Part shown: positions 61,963 through 64,000 of the stretch, one piece after another
Layout of the letters: every line of letters begins with the position of its first letter
Numbering within the stretch: the stretch's first letter is position 1
Source: Candidatus Latescibacterota bacterium
Lineage (GTDB): Bacteria > Latescibacterota > UBA2968 > UBA8231
Direction of reading: 5' to 3'
Length of the DNA: 64,000 nucleotides
NCBI GenBank assembly: GCA_965223905.1
Contig: CBDCXV010000010.1
Span: forward strand, 640,001 to 704,000
Notes under the pieces: model-generated
What the model saw: only the letters and a program-made list of their open reading frames with translations
Database searches by the model: none
Told to the model about the DNA's origin: nothing
Made by a program: the position numbers and the translations under genes

Positions 61963-62592
61963 TCAGTCGGCCGACAGGCTCTCGAGCTGGCTCTTCAGCC
62001 GCTGCAGAAGCTTCTCGAAGGAGTGGCGCTCGATGTAGCGGGCGTACTGGCGGCGGTTGCCCGCGGCAGTGCCGGCGCCATCGATGGCGAGATCGTAGAT
62101 GCGCCAGCCGCCGTCGATCCCGTGCAGGTGGTAGGTGATGGGGACGCGCTCGCGCCGCAGCGGCGCGGTGGCGTGGACGGTTGCCCGGCCGCCCTCGATC
62201 TCCTCGCTCCGGTACTCGATGCCGCCCTCGCGGTAGTAGCGCACGAAGCTGTCGAAGTTGCGCTCCTCGACGATGCGCCGGAAGGTCTCGACGAACTCGG
62301 TACGCTCAGCTTCGCTGCGCCCTGCCCAGTGGTCTCCCAGCGACAGGCGGGCGAGCTCGACGAAATCGAAGGCGAGGTTGATGCGCTCCTTTACCTGCCG
62401 GCGGTGTTCCGCGGAAAGGCTGTCTGACGGGCTCGCGGCCAGTATCTCCCGGACGGCCTGGTCCTGGGCCTGCAGGAAAACGATCGCGCTTCCCGGCTCA
62501 CCGGCCTCCCCGGTTTGTTTCTCGGTTCCGGCGGCGCCGTTCCAGGCCGCCAGGACGAAGCCCGGCAGCAACAGCAGCATTCTCGATGACAT
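61963..62592 (-). CDS. MlaC/Ttg2D (HpnM-like) lipid-binding periplasmic protein
   Basis: Signal peptide; FDFVELARLSLGDHW, EFVETF, WRIYDLAIDG, RRQY; ATG 62592 with GGAG RBS. Confidence 0.88.
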   Translation of the reverse strand: MSSRMLLLLPGFVLAAWNGAAGTEKQTGEAGEPGSAIVFLQAQDQAVREILAASPSDSLSAEHRRQVKERINLAFDFVELARLSLGDHWAGRSEAERTEFVETFRRIVEERNFDSFVRYYREGGIEYRSEEIEGGRATVHATAPLRRERVPITYHLHGIDGGWRIYDLAIDGAGTAAGNRRQYARYIERHSFEKLLQRLKSQLESLSAD

Positions 62593-62603
62593 GGATACTC
62601 CCT

Positions 62604-63983
62604 CTATGGCCGTTCCGGGTCGGCTTCGACCGCGGCGCTCGCAGCCGGTCCCCGCCCACCGGTCACGGGCGGGTCGGGCAGGCACTCGCAGTGATTGCGC
62701 ACTTCCCCCCTCTCGAGCGCCTCGCGCGTCCACACCCGCAGGTCGGCGTAATGCGCCTCGGCGTAGGAATGGGTGGAGTTGGCGTCGGTCAGTATGCCGA
62801 GACCGCGCGTCCGGCTCTTCGGTTCCCCCCCGTAGACGCGGTCGTAGTCGGCGAGCAGATCGACCTGCTCGAACACCCAGCTCCCGAGGTTTCCGGGGCC
62901 CGATTCGACGACGAAGAACCAGGGCCTGGCAAAGCGCTTGCGGCGGTCGACGGTTCCCTCCGGCAGGGTCGAGCTCCACACGTACTTGATCTGCCTCGGG
63001 ATGCCCAGCCAGTTCTGCGAGAAGAAAACGTAGAGGCCTGCGGCGCTGTCGTTGGTGGGGCCGTAGCGCTCGTCGCCGCCCGGGGGCAGCGACTCGGCGC
63101 GCCAGCACCAGGTCAGAATCGGGTACTGCCGCGGATTCCAGTGGGAGACCTTGAGCAGGATGATGGAGCTGCCCGAATCCCGGGCGGCGAGGTAGCGGTG
63201 ACTGCCGGCGGCCAGCACCGTGTACGGCTTGGGCTTGTCGCGGTCCTTGTTCCTCCAGCCCCAGCCCTCGGGCGGGCGCCCGGGCTCGGTGGCCGAGAAG
63301 TCCTCGAGGACGACGTAGGGCCGCTGCCGCATGCGCGCCTCGAGTACCGGCAGGGAGTACTCTTTTTTCAGGATCTCTTCGAAACGGCCTCGCATCAGGT
63401 CGCTGGCGCTCCGGCCCCCGGTCTCGACGTCGACGAGCCGCCAGTCCGGCCCGGCCCGCAGTTGCAGGATCAGGGTCCGCGGCTCCCCCCCTGGCCCGGT
63501 TTCGGCTGCGATCTCCACCTCGGCCTCGTCGCCGCGGTCGTCGATCTCCACCAGGCGGAGGGAGGTCAACGGCCCCTCCCGCAGGTAGGCGGCGAGGGCG
63601 GAAACCCAGTGCGCGCGGAACTCCTTCTGCAGGCGCTCTTCGTGCAGGGCGACGAAATCGTCGAGCTCCTTCCCGGACATGAACTTGCCGTAGCCCTTCA
63701 AGGTCCTGGCGCAGTAGTCGCGAAACACCGTCCGGGTGAAGCCCTCGTGATCTACGCGGCGGCCCGCCCATTCGTCGAGGAGGCCGTCGAGGGCGGGGGG
63801 AGAAGAATCGGCGAGGGCGGCGTTGAGCCGCGTGAGGTCGCCACGCAACTCCTCCCAGGGGGCCTGATCCGGCTGCGCCGCGGTGGCGGCGCAACAGAGG
63901 GCAGCGGCCCCGGAGAGGACAGCGGCGCGTTGGAGGGCCGCGGCCCAAAAGGCGAAAATGCGCACGAAACGGGAGGAATCCAC
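62604..63983 (-). CDS. Secreted fusion: MlaC-like N-terminal domain + DUF3047 C-terminal domain
   Basis: Signal peptide; WRLVDVETGG..MRGRF (MlaC-like); YPILTWCWR...DSAAGLYV...IKYVWSS...DLLADY...TDANST (DUF3047). Confidence 0.78.
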   Translation of the reverse strand: MDSSRFVRIFAFWAAALQRAAVLSGAAALCCAATAAQPDQAPWEELRGDLTRLNAALADSSPPALDGLLDEWAGRRVDHEGFTRTVFRDYCARTLKGYGKFMSGKELDDFVALHEERLQKEFRAHWVSALAAYLREGPLTSLRLVEIDDRGDEAEVEIAAETGPGGEPRTLILQLRAGPDWRLVDVETGGRSASDLMRGRFEEILKKEYSLPVLEARMRQRPYVVLEDFSATEPGRPPEGWGWRNKDRDKPKPYTVLAAGSHRYLAARDSGSSIILLKVSHWNPRQYPILTWCWRAESLPPGGDERYGPTNDSAAGLYVFFSQNWLGIPRQIKYVWSSTLPEGTVDRRKRFARPWFFVVESGPGNLGSWVFEQVDLLADYDRVYGGEPKSRTRGLGILTDANSTHSYAEAHYADLRVWTREALERGEVRNHCECLPDPPVTGGRGPAASAAVEADPERP

Positions 63984-64000
63984 GGCTACCCTGTCATTCG

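Overview
GC-rich bacterial chromosomal window with about 48 genes, one tRNA-Gly(GCC), and no rRNA, CRISPR array, integrase or intact transposase that I can see. Housekeeping and envelope genes (S41 protease, lipA, mnmG, adk, dus, recQ, hemJ, nfo, class A PBP, MMPL/MlaC-type lipid transport) surround two notable blocks. (1) 5.8-15.1 kb: a GntR/FadR-regulated, modular cobalamin methyl-transfer cluster with a perfect operator palindrome. It encodes an MtaA/CmuA-family methyltransferase, a corrinoid protein, an ASKHA/RACE activator, a MetF-MetV fusion, a pterin-binding methyltransferase, a homocysteine methyltransferase and two unknown Cys/His proteins. (2) 23.4-41.8 kb: a defence island. A DUF499 ATPase / small protein / DUF1156 methylase / PLD-SNF2 restriction-like operon carries a DUF262 + DUF3696-ATPase + effector (Menshen-like) module and an orphan gene inserted in it, joined by overlapping or abutting start/stop codons. 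It is followed by a separately promoted pair of STAND-like ATPases with no recognisable effector domain; one carries a 43-aa (129-bp) TPR-like array, and a palindromic operator sits upstream. Three PhyH dioxygenases, several catabolic hydrolases and a frameshifted M81 peptidase are also present. Family assignments come from recognising motifs by eye; no database searches were run.
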